Below, piece by piece: positions 30,501 to 38,844 of a stretch of 64,000 bases of DNA. Every line of letters begins with the position of its first letter. Position 1 is the first letter of the stretch. The notes beneath the pieces are model-generated. The model was not told where the DNA came from. It saw only the letters and a list, made by a program, of their open reading frames with translations, and searched no databases. Made by a program: the position numbers and the translations under genes. The stretch is from Nitrososphaeria archaeon (GTDB lineage Archaea; Thermoproteota; Nitrososphaeria; Nitrososphaerales; JAAOZN01): the NCBI GenBank assembly GCA_029775855.1, contig JARVJZ010000004.1, positions 146,288 to 210,287 of the forward strand. Direction: 5' to 3'.

Positions 30501-30656
30501 AGCCCAAATATAGTTCTTAAGGAGATGGGGTTTGCTTTAAGCGCAGCAATCTTCATAGATACATTCTTCATGCGGCTCGTCTTTAACCCATCTATAATAG
30601 TGGTAGCTAAGAAATGGAATTGGTGGCCAAGAAGGTTAGCGCAGAAAAACCAATGA
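27549..30656 (+). CDS. MMPL/RND-family exporter
   Basis: Two repeats with GAGVDY..F..RY.EE and GLGMDYDIFLITRVREE; large extramembrane loops. Confidence 0.9.
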   Translation: MSLLDRYAANTVKRPKTLIAVAVVIIILLSFNAPHLDEYILYSIDLFIPTTLEAKRTQEIISTKIGVEQADVEFIVVEADGSRLFSEDGRLLLSRLTRGLEESSGVTLKGVREVVSITKVYDEVLNVYWLKMNETYRNIEDFVRSNLTKLHLAFYEMVDSLHTLHTQLYHTLNNLTAASEIVYGVPALYLKVWSNTVEQMFKANPTRPISTKLVNELAFNTSLAMLPADGRALTESYLKAFYSAWSSSLKEDFLSLSDLTPQNLYGRAQEAIDSTAPLIFNSATLGKASLLFTKVHNIMNLTTWLDASLRHDLLKDVTITLVSEEAGLEPESVKKVFNLGAEISEQELNKLTVDLLSERQVANRTLLETCLELGRNPTSEEIDAVVKSVTSKLFEDIKARFPKPSFPESIPKDLYNRFVSSDNKTTIIIVRFNHNLTESEKEANIKSLHNIVEEVKEPSFTILLTGPMSLSHDIKSINTRDIENIDKATIIVVFILGAFVLTSLVVPSISLITVGAALFAALGLLTLLSSIGFKPYYLLRSMISVVTLGAGVDYVIFMLFRYLEERTIQSDNSVAVKRTALHAGGAVVLSASAVIIGFLSLTLSEIGILRSIGLGLAIGILITLAAALLIIPSTLFIVKERILWPRKRIPTHAARIVLFRRMAHYCVSKPKKILAIGLLITVALGVILSTITVTFNDIEMLPPFESKEGVEHILNAFGAAPFSQAQVVVLSKEPLFYDTIINVGLYLALDRLGQEVSAVDGVVAHYTLGPTRPNGTYISPEEADKSIIKQFMDKEGKIFLITTSLKHFYTSDEAFRTIKSIREKAAELVREEKALSGAEILVGGSAAFYYDIMSKINADFLYFIIPVACVSIFLILLIALGSFIIPLRLLATTAMSVVWSLALLVLVFQHWLGFQIYWLTPFLTFALLMGLGMDYDIFLITRVREEALKGFSDEQAVVNAVEKTGLVLTGAGLILGSALATLMLSPNIVLKEMGFALSAAIFIDTFFMRLVFNPSIIVVAKKWNWWPRRLAQKNQ

Positions 30657-30855
30657 AAAAGCAAAAATCTTATCTCTTTAAAGTATGCTCAGTACGTCTA
30701 TAATGCAATAAAACTCTCGAAAAAGTGCTCTTAAATATAGCGCTTTTTAGCTTCTTTGGCAATCTTCAAAATAAAGTTATCTAGAAAACATACAAACGCC
30801 TTTGGATTGGAAGATTTAAGAAACTTATTCTGCTCTCTATCCTTCCCCAACTTCT

Positions 30856-30924
30856 CTAAAGACATCCTTTATCTGTAAAGCTGCGAATACTACGCCTAGT
30901 CGCTATCGCCTCCAAAACACTCAA
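30856..30924 (-). pseudogene. Nitroreductase 5' remnant
   Basis: TTG-start MSVLEAIATRRSIRSFTDK (RRSIR.F FMN-binding motif) followed almost at once by a stop. Confidence 0.65.
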
Positions 30925-31109
30925 CACAACTATCCATTCGATGTTAAAGACACAAACTATTAATCATTTCAAATAGCAACTAAGGAAAACATTAAAGACT
31001 CGATATATCTAAACAACATCAGCCGGATCGAGTCTGATTATTGTATGGATGTTATAATATTCGCCGAAAACTTTAGGAAGATGCTGAACAAAATTGATAA
31101 GGAGCGTAT

Positions 31110-31475
31110 TTGGTTAAAGAAGATGAAATTCTGGAAGAGCTAAAACGAATTCGTACGCTTATAGAACCTAAGCCCGCGCCACCTCCACCTAAAGGATTCT
31201 GGGCTGAATTTCTAGACTTTCTCTCAAAATACAAGGTTATGGGCATGGCTGTTGCCTTTATTCTTGGTTTATATCTCGGTGCGCTGGTCAAAGCGCTAGT
31301 CGATGACCTTATAATGCCAATCGTGCAGTTCGCTGTCCCCAACGTTGCTTGGGAAGCAATAGAGATAGGTCCTTTCCGTGTAGGCCATTTTGCAGGAGCG
31401 GTCATCACATTCATAATAATCGCGCTAGTTGTCTTCGTAATGGTGAAGATAACCAGAAGATTAGGAGTAGAATAA
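31110..31475 (+). CDS. mscL: Large-conductance mechanosensitive channel
   Basis: EFLDFL..KVMGMAVAFILG, LVDDLIMP and G.F..AVITFIIIA motifs. Confidence 0.88.
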   Translation: MVKEDEILEELKRIRTLIEPKPAPPPPKGFWAEFLDFLSKYKVMGMAVAFILGLYLGALVKALVDDLIMPIVQFAVPNVAWEAIEIGPFRVGHFAGAVITFIIIALVVFVMVKITRRLGVE

Positions 31476-31741
31476 GACTACACCAAAATACACCTCCACA
31501 GAGGAGAGCAAATATTACAGCCAGAGAATTAGCAAGCCTAACCTCGTGCATCTTGTGCTACCTTGTTGCCTGTTTTTCTCATAGGTTCTGCCTCGACATC
31601 GGCGTATAAGGGTGGTCTATTCCTGGTTTATCCATAAAAGCAATGGTCAATGGTAACTTGAGCTGATGTAGGCTCACATTGACTTACCGAGCTTTGGAAA
31701 GAGATTTTGAAGCCTACAAAGGAGACTATGTGAATTAATAG

Positions 31742-31833
31742 TGCGGTCGCCGGGATTTGAACCCGGGTCGCGAGCTTGGAGGGCTCGTGTCCTAGACCAG
31801 ATTTTCCGCTTGTCTGCTCTGGACGACGACCGC
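31742..31833 (-). tRNA. tRNA-Gly(TCC) with a 17-nt D-loop intron (about 31802-31818, 15/16) and C33
   Basis: GCGGTCG/CGACCGC-A acceptor; CGAGC-CCTCCAA-GCTCG; removing AGCAGACAAGCGGAAAA restores the D-arm GTCCAG-TCTGGTCTAGGAC. Confidence 0.9.
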
Positions 31834-31873
31834 TACTAGATGGTTTGATGAAGGGTGATTAAAAGCGTATATG

Positions 31874-32740
31874 TTATTTGGAGAGGTATCTCCAAGAGAG
31901 AATTATTCCTAGGGTTGATAGCGTGGCTGCGAAGGCTGCTAGGTATGTGAAGCCGAAGCTTAGGTCACTCATGCCTGGAGATGCTAGTAGAAGTTGTCTG
32001 CATATGTCTGCTGCGTAGCTTATTGGGTTTATCTTCGCTATTGTCTGTAACCACGTTGGCATGTAGTTTACTGGGAACATAGCGTTGCTTGCGAAGAGAA
32101 TGGGTAGATTTAGTAGATTCATGACTGCCATTTGAGCCTCCCAGCTTGTTGACCTTATGGCTAGGGTGACGAATAGTGAGGCGAAGCCTACTATGAGTAG
32201 AAGTAAAGCCAAGAAAGACCCAAGCAGACCAGCAGGGGTTATATGTGATATATCCATACCTAATAGCGCAGCGAGTAAGAGTACTATTGCTGCTTGAGCT
32301 AGAGCGCGAATCACTGTTGATATAACTTTGGCCATAGGTATGGCGCCTCTTGCTACTGGCGTGCTGAGAACTTTATCTAGGAAGCCTAGTCTTCTATCCC
32401 AGACTATTGACATGCCGCTGAACATAGCGGTGAATATTGAGATGAATGTGAGCATGCCTACTGCTAGGTATGAGAAGTAGTCTTGTGTGCCGAAGGTCTG
32501 GAGCATTATCTGCTTACCAATTTGGTTTACAACTTCCTTGGGTATGTTTAATCCGGGTATGTTGAAGGCGCTTCCTGTAAATAGAGCGGTTATGTTCATA
32601 GCTTTTCCGAAGAGTGCTAACCAGATGAATGGTTGGATAAGGGACATCAGAAATATGAATGGCACCTTATACCATTTTTTGAGGTCTCTGTTTGTTAGAG
32701 CCCATATGCCGTGTAGTGGGCTTGTGTTGACTTTGTCCAT
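31874..32740 (-). CDS. ABC-2 type permease (DrrB-like)
   Basis: GMSIVWDRRLGFL, FASNAMFP and NPISYA motifs. Confidence 0.9.
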   Translation of the reverse strand: MDKVNTSPLHGIWALTNRDLKKWYKVPFIFLMSLIQPFIWLALFGKAMNITALFTGSAFNIPGLNIPKEVVNQIGKQIMLQTFGTQDYFSYLAVGMLTFISIFTAMFSGMSIVWDRRLGFLDKVLSTPVARGAIPMAKVISTVIRALAQAAIVLLLAALLGMDISHITPAGLLGSFLALLLLIVGFASLFVTLAIRSTSWEAQMAVMNLLNLPILFASNAMFPVNYMPTWLQTIAKINPISYAADICRQLLLASPGMSDLSFGFTYLAAFAATLSTLGIILSWRYLSK

Positions 32741-32744
32741 TGGT

Positions 32745-33749
32745 TTAACCTCTTGCTTTGTGTAGTGTCCTTCTCAATGCCATCATTTCCTCCTCGCTTG
32801 CTTGCTCAGCTCTTAATGAGCGACCAGTGTATTCAAGGTAGACTTCGTCTAAGGTTGGTTTTATCATAGAGAGTTTTGATACGGTTAGGCCTCTGCTTCT
32901 CATTGCTTCGATTACTGCTGGGGCAACTTCTTCACCTCTCTCGGCTTTTATGCGGTAGAGAGCATCCGCTTTCTTAACTTCTTTTACGCCCTTGATCTCT
33001 CTGATTAATGTTGTCAAGTCTAGTTTGTCTGTGTTTACGCTTATTTCTATGATGTCTCCACCTAGTCCAGATTTTAGTTCGTTTGGACTACCGATTTTAA
33101 GTATCTTCCCATGATCTATGATGGCAACTCTGTCACATATAGCATCTGCTTCTTCCAAATAGTGTGTAGTCATAAAGATGGTCATACCATACTCTTCCTT
33201 CAATCTTTTAATGTAGTTCCAAACCGCTACCCTAGTCTGCACATCTAATCCTAATGTTGGTTCGTCTAGAAAGAGTAGTGTTGGTCTACTTATCAACCCA
33301 CACGCCAATTCTAACCTCCTTCTCATCCCTCCTGAATATGTTTCGACCTTACGTTTAGCAGCCTCTTTGAGTTCAACGAGTTCGAGTAGTTCCCACGCTC
33401 TCTGCTTTGCTGTGCTGCTTGGTATGCCGTAAAGGGCTGCGCATAGCAGTATGTTGTCCAGTCCTGTGAGGTCTTCGTCTGCGGTATATTCTTGGTGGAC
33501 TACTCCTATGGAGCGTCTTACTTCAGCTGCTTCTCTTATGATGTCGTAGCCGCAGACCTTTGCTGTGCCTGAGGATGGTTTGAGGATGGTTGTAAGCATG
33601 TTTATCATTGTGCTCTTTCCCGCGCCATTTGGTCCTAGTAGCCCGAAGGTTTCTCCTTGTTCAATCTCTAGATTTACGTTATCTACTGCTTTTACTTTTT
33701 TGTTAAATATTTTTGTGAGGTTATGTGCTTCAACTACTTTAGGTGGCAT
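32745..33749 (-). CDS. ABC exporter ATP-binding protein (DrrA-like)
   Basis: GPNGAGKS, YSGGM, LDEPT and TTHYLEEAD motifs. Confidence 0.92.
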   Translation of the reverse strand: MPPKVVEAHNLTKIFNKKVKAVDNVNLEIEQGETFGLLGPNGAGKSTMINMLTTILKPSSGTAKVCGYDIIREAAEVRRSIGVVHQEYTADEDLTGLDNILLCAALYGIPSSTAKQRAWELLELVELKEAAKRKVETYSGGMRRRLELACGLISRPTLLFLDEPTLGLDVQTRVAVWNYIKRLKEEYGMTIFMTTHYLEEADAICDRVAIIDHGKILKIGSPNELKSGLGGDIIEISVNTDKLDLTTLIREIKGVKEVKKADALYRIKAERGEEVAPAVIEAMRSRGLTVSKLSMIKPTLDEVYLEYTGRSLRAEQASEEEMMALRRTLHKARG

Positions 33750-34327
33750 AGTTTAACATCCTCCTTATTTTTGAGTGTTTGTATCTTCTGCTTTACCCAC
33801 TTTATTTCATCTTCTAGGTGCTTTGCGTATTCGGTTAAGATCTTTTGTGTGATTTCTGGGTTTAGCTTCTGAGTATTCTTATCTATTATTGCGTGTAGTA
33901 TGTTGAAGTGTAGTTTAGAGCCTTCGGCTATGAATTTTGGTATATCTTCGGTGTCCAGCATATCTATAAGTAAGTTGCGGGATGCTGCAAGGCGTTGGCT
34001 CCCATTTATAAAGAGGGATTTAGCGGTTCTTAGGTGGTGCAGACCTTTTGGTGTTATGGTGTAGAGCCTTCTAATCTTCCTTCTAGCCTCTACTTCCTTA
34101 ACTTCGATGAAGCCTTTTTCAAGCATCTTTTTGAATAAAGGGTAGAGTGAACCCGGGCTTGGTTGCCACTTGCCTTGTGTTTTATGTGTTATGTCTTTTA
34201 GGATTTCGTAGCCGTATGCTGGCTTAGAAGCTAGCTTGTGGAGTATGTAGTGCATCAGTAAGCCTATGGGCACACCTTGACGAGTTGAACATAGAAGCGG
34301 TTCTTTGGAAGAGATTACTGTTTTCAA
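33734..34327 (-). CDS. PadR-family transcriptional regulator
   Basis: YGYEI, PSPGSLYP and YTITPKG motifs. Confidence 0.9.
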   Translation of the reverse strand: MKTVISSKEPLLCSTRQGVPIGLLMHYILHKLASKPAYGYEILKDITHKTQGKWQPSPGSLYPLFKKMLEKGFIEVKEVEARRKIRRLYTITPKGLHHLRTAKSLFINGSQRLAASRNLLIDMLDTEDIPKFIAEGSKLHFNILHAIIDKNTQKLNPEITQKILTEYAKHLEDEIKWVKQKIQTLKNKEDVKLCHLK

Positions 34328-34361
34328 ACCCTTAACAATCTTCTCATTTGGGTGTAGATAA

Positions 34362-34381
34362 ATATATCGGATACGATATAT
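34362..34381. promoter_or_regulatory. PadR-type operator palindrome
   Basis: ATATATCG-GATA-CGATATAT with perfect 8-bp arms, 35 nt upstream of padR, over the TATA region. Confidence 0.75.
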
Positions 34382-34389
34382 GCAGCTGT

Positions 34390-35892
34390 TTAGTGAAGGT
34401 GTTTTAGTTTTCCTAATCCTGCTGGCTCCAAGTTGAAGATAATGGTCTTGAGCCTCGTCATCTCATCTATACTATATCCTATTCCCTCTCTACCTATGCC
34501 TGAATCCTTCCAGCCTCCAAATGGGAAGTAGCCTACACCATGCTTTGGTAGGTCATTAACGGTAATTTCACCAACCTCTAGTTTCTTGGCTACCTTCCAC
34601 ATTCTGTAGAAGCTGCTCGTGAATACGCATGAATCTAGACCGTAGCGTGATTTCTTAGCCAACTCAATTGCTTCGTCTTCATCTTTAACTACAACAATCG
34701 TAACTACGGGGCCAAAGGTTTCTTCGTAGACGATCTTTGAGTTAAGTGGGACGGAGTCTAGGATGGTTGGTTGGTAGTAGTGTCCATGGTATGCTCCACC
34801 AATTAGTAGTTTAGCGCCTTTCTGTATAGCATCTTCTACTAGTGAATGTATTCTTCTCACTGCTTCTTGGTTTATTAATGGGCCTACTTTCCAGTTTCTT
34901 ACTTCTTCAAGCACTTTAGTTATGAATTGGGTGTGAATATTGGTTTGGACTGCTATGAGGCTGATGGCATCGCACCTCTGGCCAGCATTCTTTAATGCGC
35001 CTTCAACGCATTTTTTGGCTGCTAAGTTTAGGTCTGCATCATCTAAGACGATGGCTAAGCCTTTCCCTCCTAGTTCTAAGTGTAGGTGTTTTAATGTGGC
35101 TAGGCTGGATATCTTTTTACCCACGGTTGTGCTGCCGGTGAAAGATATCATGTTAACTCGTTCATCTAGGATCATTCTCTCTCCTATATCTCCGCCTCCT
35201 GTTAAGGTGTTTAGCACACCTTTTGGCAGTTTTGCTTCCTCAAGCACCTTTGTGAATAGGAGTAGTGATAGGGGCGTTTCGCTTGAGCTCTTGGCTACTA
35301 CAGCATTCCCAGACAGTAGGGCGGGTATAATTTTAGCTGAGGCTATATAGAGTGGGTAGTTAAAAGGTGTTATTGCTGCTATAACGCCTAGAGGCTCTCT
35401 TATAACTAGTGCGATCTTACCGCTTGTGCCTTCAGACCAGTCTCCTGGTATGTATTCGCCGAAGATCTTTCTGATTTCTTCCAGCGTTAGGTTTAGCCGC
35501 TCGATGGTTGCATTCACCTCTCCTTCGGCATCTTCAGGTGTCTTTCCTACTTCTAATGTGAGTGTATTTATGAAGTCTTTTTTATGGCTTTTTAAGATAT
35601 CTGCTGCGCGTTTGAATATCTCTATTCGGTCTATTCCTGGGATGTCTCTAATTTCTTGCTTATTGTTATGCGCTGAGGCTATTGCTCTGTCGACATCTTC
35701 TAGGCTTGCTTTACTTGCATACGCTATTACCTTTCCGTTTATTGGTGTGTCTACTTTGATGTATTCTTTTGTGCTTGACTCTACCCATTCGCCGTTTATA
35801 TAGAGTTTGAATAATGGTAGGTCATCTTCGCTTCTTCTCCAGATGCCGTCAAATAGGGGAGAAAGCCTCAGCTCAACGTTATTTTGATGCAT
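34390..35892 (-). CDS. gapN: NAD(P)-dependent aldehyde dehydrogenase, GAPN-like
   Basis: GEYIPGDW, PFNYP, FTGS, ELGGK, GQRC, EETFGP and FPFGG.KDSG motifs as in archaeal GAPN. Confidence 0.8.
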   Translation of the reverse strand: MHQNNVELRLSPLFDGIWRRSEDDLPLFKLYINGEWVESSTKEYIKVDTPINGKVIAYASKASLEDVDRAIASAHNNKQEIRDIPGIDRIEIFKRAADILKSHKKDFINTLTLEVGKTPEDAEGEVNATIERLNLTLEEIRKIFGEYIPGDWSEGTSGKIALVIREPLGVIAAITPFNYPLYIASAKIIPALLSGNAVVAKSSSETPLSLLLFTKVLEEAKLPKGVLNTLTGGGDIGERMILDERVNMISFTGSTTVGKKISSLATLKHLHLELGGKGLAIVLDDADLNLAAKKCVEGALKNAGQRCDAISLIAVQTNIHTQFITKVLEEVRNWKVGPLINQEAVRRIHSLVEDAIQKGAKLLIGGAYHGHYYQPTILDSVPLNSKIVYEETFGPVVTIVVVKDEDEAIELAKKSRYGLDSCVFTSSFYRMWKVAKKLEVGEITVNDLPKHGVGYFPFGGWKDSGIGREGIGYSIDEMTRLKTIIFNLEPAGLGKLKHLH

Positions 35893-35949
35893 ATCATCTT
35901 TAAATACGGCTTACAGACTTAAGAAGATTGCCGAAGATAAGGGGTTAGT

Positions 35950-36465
35950 ATGCATAGAGCATACTGCAAGTTTGTAAACTCTCCACTAGGTTCAGTTTCG
36001 CTTTTTGCTACAGATAAAGGGTTGATTTTGGTAAAAATTGGGGCTGAACTCAACACCATTAGCGGCGGAACTTTAGCATCAGACATAAAATTTGCTGGTG
36101 AGAATGATGTGCTTAAGTTGGCTGAAGTTGAACTCAACGAATACTTTGAAGGGAGGCGTAAATACTTCACAGTTAACCTAGACATCTCTGGCTCCGAGTT
36201 TGATATGGATGTGTGGGATGCTGCTAAAAGCATACCATATGGTGAGACCAGAAGCTACTGCTGGCTATCTGAGCAGATAGGTCGACCTAAAGCATATAGG
36301 GCTGTAGGTGGGGCTTTAAGTAGAAACCCAACCCCTATCTTTATTCCATGCCATAGGGTTATCCGCTCTGACGGTGGTTTAGGCGGTTATAGCGCAGGTC
36401 TTCGGGTTAAGCGCCTTCTACTTAAGTTTGAGAAAGAAGGCAAATTAGATCCTAACGACCTCTAG
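35950..36465 (+). CDS. ogt: Methylated-DNA--protein-cysteine methyltransferase
   Basis: IPYGET, RAVG and IPCHRV motifs. Confidence 0.93.
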   Translation: MHRAYCKFVNSPLGSVSLFATDKGLILVKIGAELNTISGGTLASDIKFAGENDVLKLAEVELNEYFEGRRKYFTVNLDISGSEFDMDVWDAAKSIPYGETRSYCWLSEQIGRPKAYRAVGGALSRNPTPIFIPCHRVIRSDGGLGGYSAGLRVKRLLLKFEKEGKLDPNDL

Positions 36466-37278
36466 TCCTACTTCATCTATTATGCTGAGAAGATTCTGCT
36501 TCTCTGTTGACAACCCCTTCCAATCTAAGATAGCATAATTGACATCTTCAACACACCTACTAACCATTAGCCTCACGGTATCGACAGTCAGCTCTTTAAG
36601 CATGTGTTTAGAGGCTACCGCACCCAATGCATATTCAGATTCAACTAAAAGCTGCGTAAACTTCGACGAGTAATGTGTGCCGCCAAACCCTAAACCGATT
36701 TTAGAAGCATATTCATTGTTGCAGAGAGCAGACCAAAGCGAGTCAGCAACAACAGAAGCAGCATGCGTATCAGCCCACTGAAGAGGCGTAGAACCCACTT
36801 CAACGAACATGCAAGGCTTCTTTAGGCTTGATGGGCCGTGATGCATAGGCTCTAAAACAACTTGGTATCCTTTAACCTCATTCCTCCTAAGCCATAGCTC
36901 TTTAATGTATCTCTTGAGTAGGCTCGGATAGGTTATAGAAGGCTCTTTAGGTTTGCCACCGTAACTTGCGTCTGCACCCAAGTTTCCTGGGAAGTGGGCT
37001 GTTAGACACGGTATACCTTTCTCTGAGCTGTGGCGTGAAAGGAAGATGTATGCCTTGGGTTTAAATGCGTAATCTAAGTGGTCAGCATATATAATCTCCC
37101 TCTCTGTGTATATGAGCTTGACGCCATCCTTATCAAAGACACTATACCCTTCAAAATGCTCAGATGACTCTCTGAAACCGTATTTGGATCTTAGCGAGGA
37201 AGCTATGTTACATCCAGCCTTATCTTTAATTGAGGCTACAAGTATATACTCTGCACCCTCTGCATCCATCTCCCTCAC
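36445..37278 (-). CDS. dtdA: D-aminoacyl-tRNA deacylase (archaeal DTD2)
   Basis: SRHSS, LTAH, HHGP, EVGS and GGTHY motifs. Confidence 0.9.
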   Translation of the reverse strand: MREMDAEGAEYILVASIKDKAGCNIASSLRSKYGFRESSEHFEGYSVFDKDGVKLIYTEREIIYADHLDYAFKPKAYIFLSRHSSEKGIPCLTAHFPGNLGADASYGGKPKEPSITYPSLLKRYIKELWLRRNEVKGYQVVLEPMHHGPSSLKKPCMFVEVGSTPLQWADTHAASVVADSLWSALCNNEYASKIGLGFGGTHYSSKFTQLLVESEYALGAVASKHMLKELTVDTVRLMVSRCVEDVNYAILDWKGLSTEKQNLLSIIDEVGLEVVRI

Positions 37279-37284
37279 ACCATT

Positions 37285-38268
37285 CTACTCTTTTGAACGC
37301 CAGAGTCTTCCATAGGTTCCCTGCTTCATCACAACTCGATTGGTTTTGAAGGCGATCCCCTTCTCTTTTTCAACGATCTCCATAGACGATAGAAGCGCTT
37401 GAGCTATCGCAACGATCTCACCTTTGAGCGTGTAGATCACCACAATATCTCCCGCAGCGATGTCACTTGACAATCTTACAATTCCTGGTATGGCGAGCTG
37501 TGCACCGTGACATATAGCATCTACCGCAGAGTCTCTGATGTATACCTCCTTCATCCAAGCTGTAGCGTATTCTACTGGGCGAACACAGCGCCTCATGTAG
37601 CTTTCGTCGCCAGCTGCTAACATTTCTTTTGCGTAGAGCAAGTCGTGTAATCTTACAAAGCCGTCTTGCTCTGAGATGTTGCAGACTTTTATCCTTCTTA
37701 ACTCAACCATCGTAGCTCCGCAGCCGAGCACCTCACCTACATCGTAGATGAGCTTCCTAATGTATGTCCCGGCTTGGCACGAGACCTTAAGTAAAATCAG
37801 TTTACCAACTTGCTCTAAGAGTTCGATGCTATATATTCTTCTGACCCTTGTGATTCGCTTCACGGAAGACCTTTGAGGAGGCCTCTGATAAATATCGCCT
37901 ACAAACTCTTGAAGAACCTTCCTAAGCCTCTCTTCACCCACTGGGTCGTGAAGCCTCGCGACAGCAACATACTCTTTAGGCCCTAGCAGTAAGGTTGATA
38001 GGGCTTTTGTTGCTTCCCCTATGCCCACGGGTAAGAGACCTGTCGCTGGCGGGTCTAATGTGCCGCTATGCCCAGCTTTTTTTACATTCAAGATTCTTCT
38101 AACATATGAAACTACCTCATGGCTAGTTGGACCTTCTGGCTTATCCAATGGGATTATGCCATATTGGAGAAGGACATCAATTGGTCTTTTGTCAAAGGGA
38201 TATCCGTAGGATGGGTTAGAGTCTTCTTGTGCGAGCTCTATGAGCGGAGCTTTCTGCTTCTCCAACAC
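37285..38268 (-). CDS. cbf5: H/ACA RNA-guided pseudouridine synthase Cbf5
   Basis: DKPEGPTSH, GHSGTLDP and GTYIR motifs; PUA domain. Confidence 0.95.
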   Translation of the reverse strand: MLEKQKAPLIELAQEDSNPSYGYPFDKRPIDVLLQYGIIPLDKPEGPTSHEVVSYVRRILNVKKAGHSGTLDPPATGLLPVGIGEATKALSTLLLGPKEYVAVARLHDPVGEERLRKVLQEFVGDIYQRPPQRSSVKRITRVRRIYSIELLEQVGKLILLKVSCQAGTYIRKLIYDVGEVLGCGATMVELRRIKVCNISEQDGFVRLHDLLYAKEMLAAGDESYMRRCVRPVEYATAWMKEVYIRDSAVDAICHGAQLAIPGIVRLSSDIAAGDIVVIYTLKGEIVAIAQALLSSMEIVEKEKGIAFKTNRVVMKQGTYGRLWRSKE

Positions 38269-38271
38269 ACC

Positions 38272-38844
38272 TCACACAAATTGTTTAACGAAGGTTGCAA
38301 CAATTTCAACGACTGCATCTCTACTAAGAATGTCTGTGTTTACTATGAGGTCGAAGACCGATAGATCCTCTCCGAACTTTATACCGTAGATCTTCAGATA
38401 GAGGTTTCTATTCTCCTCGTCACGCTTCTTAACAATAGTTAGAGCTTCTTCATAGCTTATCTTATCTCGCTCAACCATACGCTTAGCCCTCTTTTCAAGG
38501 CTCCCTCGAAGCCATATCTTTACCCCTAAATCTGTAATCCAAGGCAGTGAGTAGCTAGTTACAACTACACCGCCGCGCTCCAATTCCGCTATAAGCATTT
38601 TATCTACTTCTTTATCATACTCTGGGTTCGCAGCCCGCTCAGCTAGAAAACGCATTCCTTGAGCGGTATCCCACCAATCTCTTCCCTTAGGGGTATACCC
38701 TCTTTTCGCCGCCAGCTCTTTAAGGGCATCGCCACCACCATAAACTCTTAACCCAAACCTTTCAGCTAATGCTTCGGCTACCGTCGTCTTTCCAACCGCT
38801 GGAGGACCGGAGATTATAAAACTCATTTTAAGCATACATTGCAC
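38272..38844 (-). CDS. cmk: Cytidylate kinase (archaeal type)
   Basis: SGPPAVGKTT P-loop; conserved position next to cbf5 and DUF106. Confidence 0.88.
   Translation of the reverse strand: MQCMLKMSFIISGPPAVGKTTVAEALAERFGLRVYGGGDALKELAAKRGYTPKGRDWWDTAQGMRFLAERAANPEYDKEVDKMLIAELERGGVVVTSYSLPWITDLGVKIWLRGSLEKRAKRMVERDKISYEEALTIVKKRDEENRNLYLKIYGIKFGEDLSVFDLIVNTDILSRDAVVEIVATFVKQFV

Noticed and set aside
30657-31109. AT-rich gap as a replication origin; 9-bp inverted repeat AGACTCGAT/ATCGAGTCT (30996-31035)
   Set aside because: No recognisable ORB repeats or adjacent orc1/cdc6; part of the gap is a nitroreductase remnant; a single 9-bp IR is weak evidence.
37285-38268. Possible BHB intron in cbf5, as in many Crenarchaeota
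   Set aside because: The ORF is continuous with a normal N-terminus; no insertion or frame break is visible.
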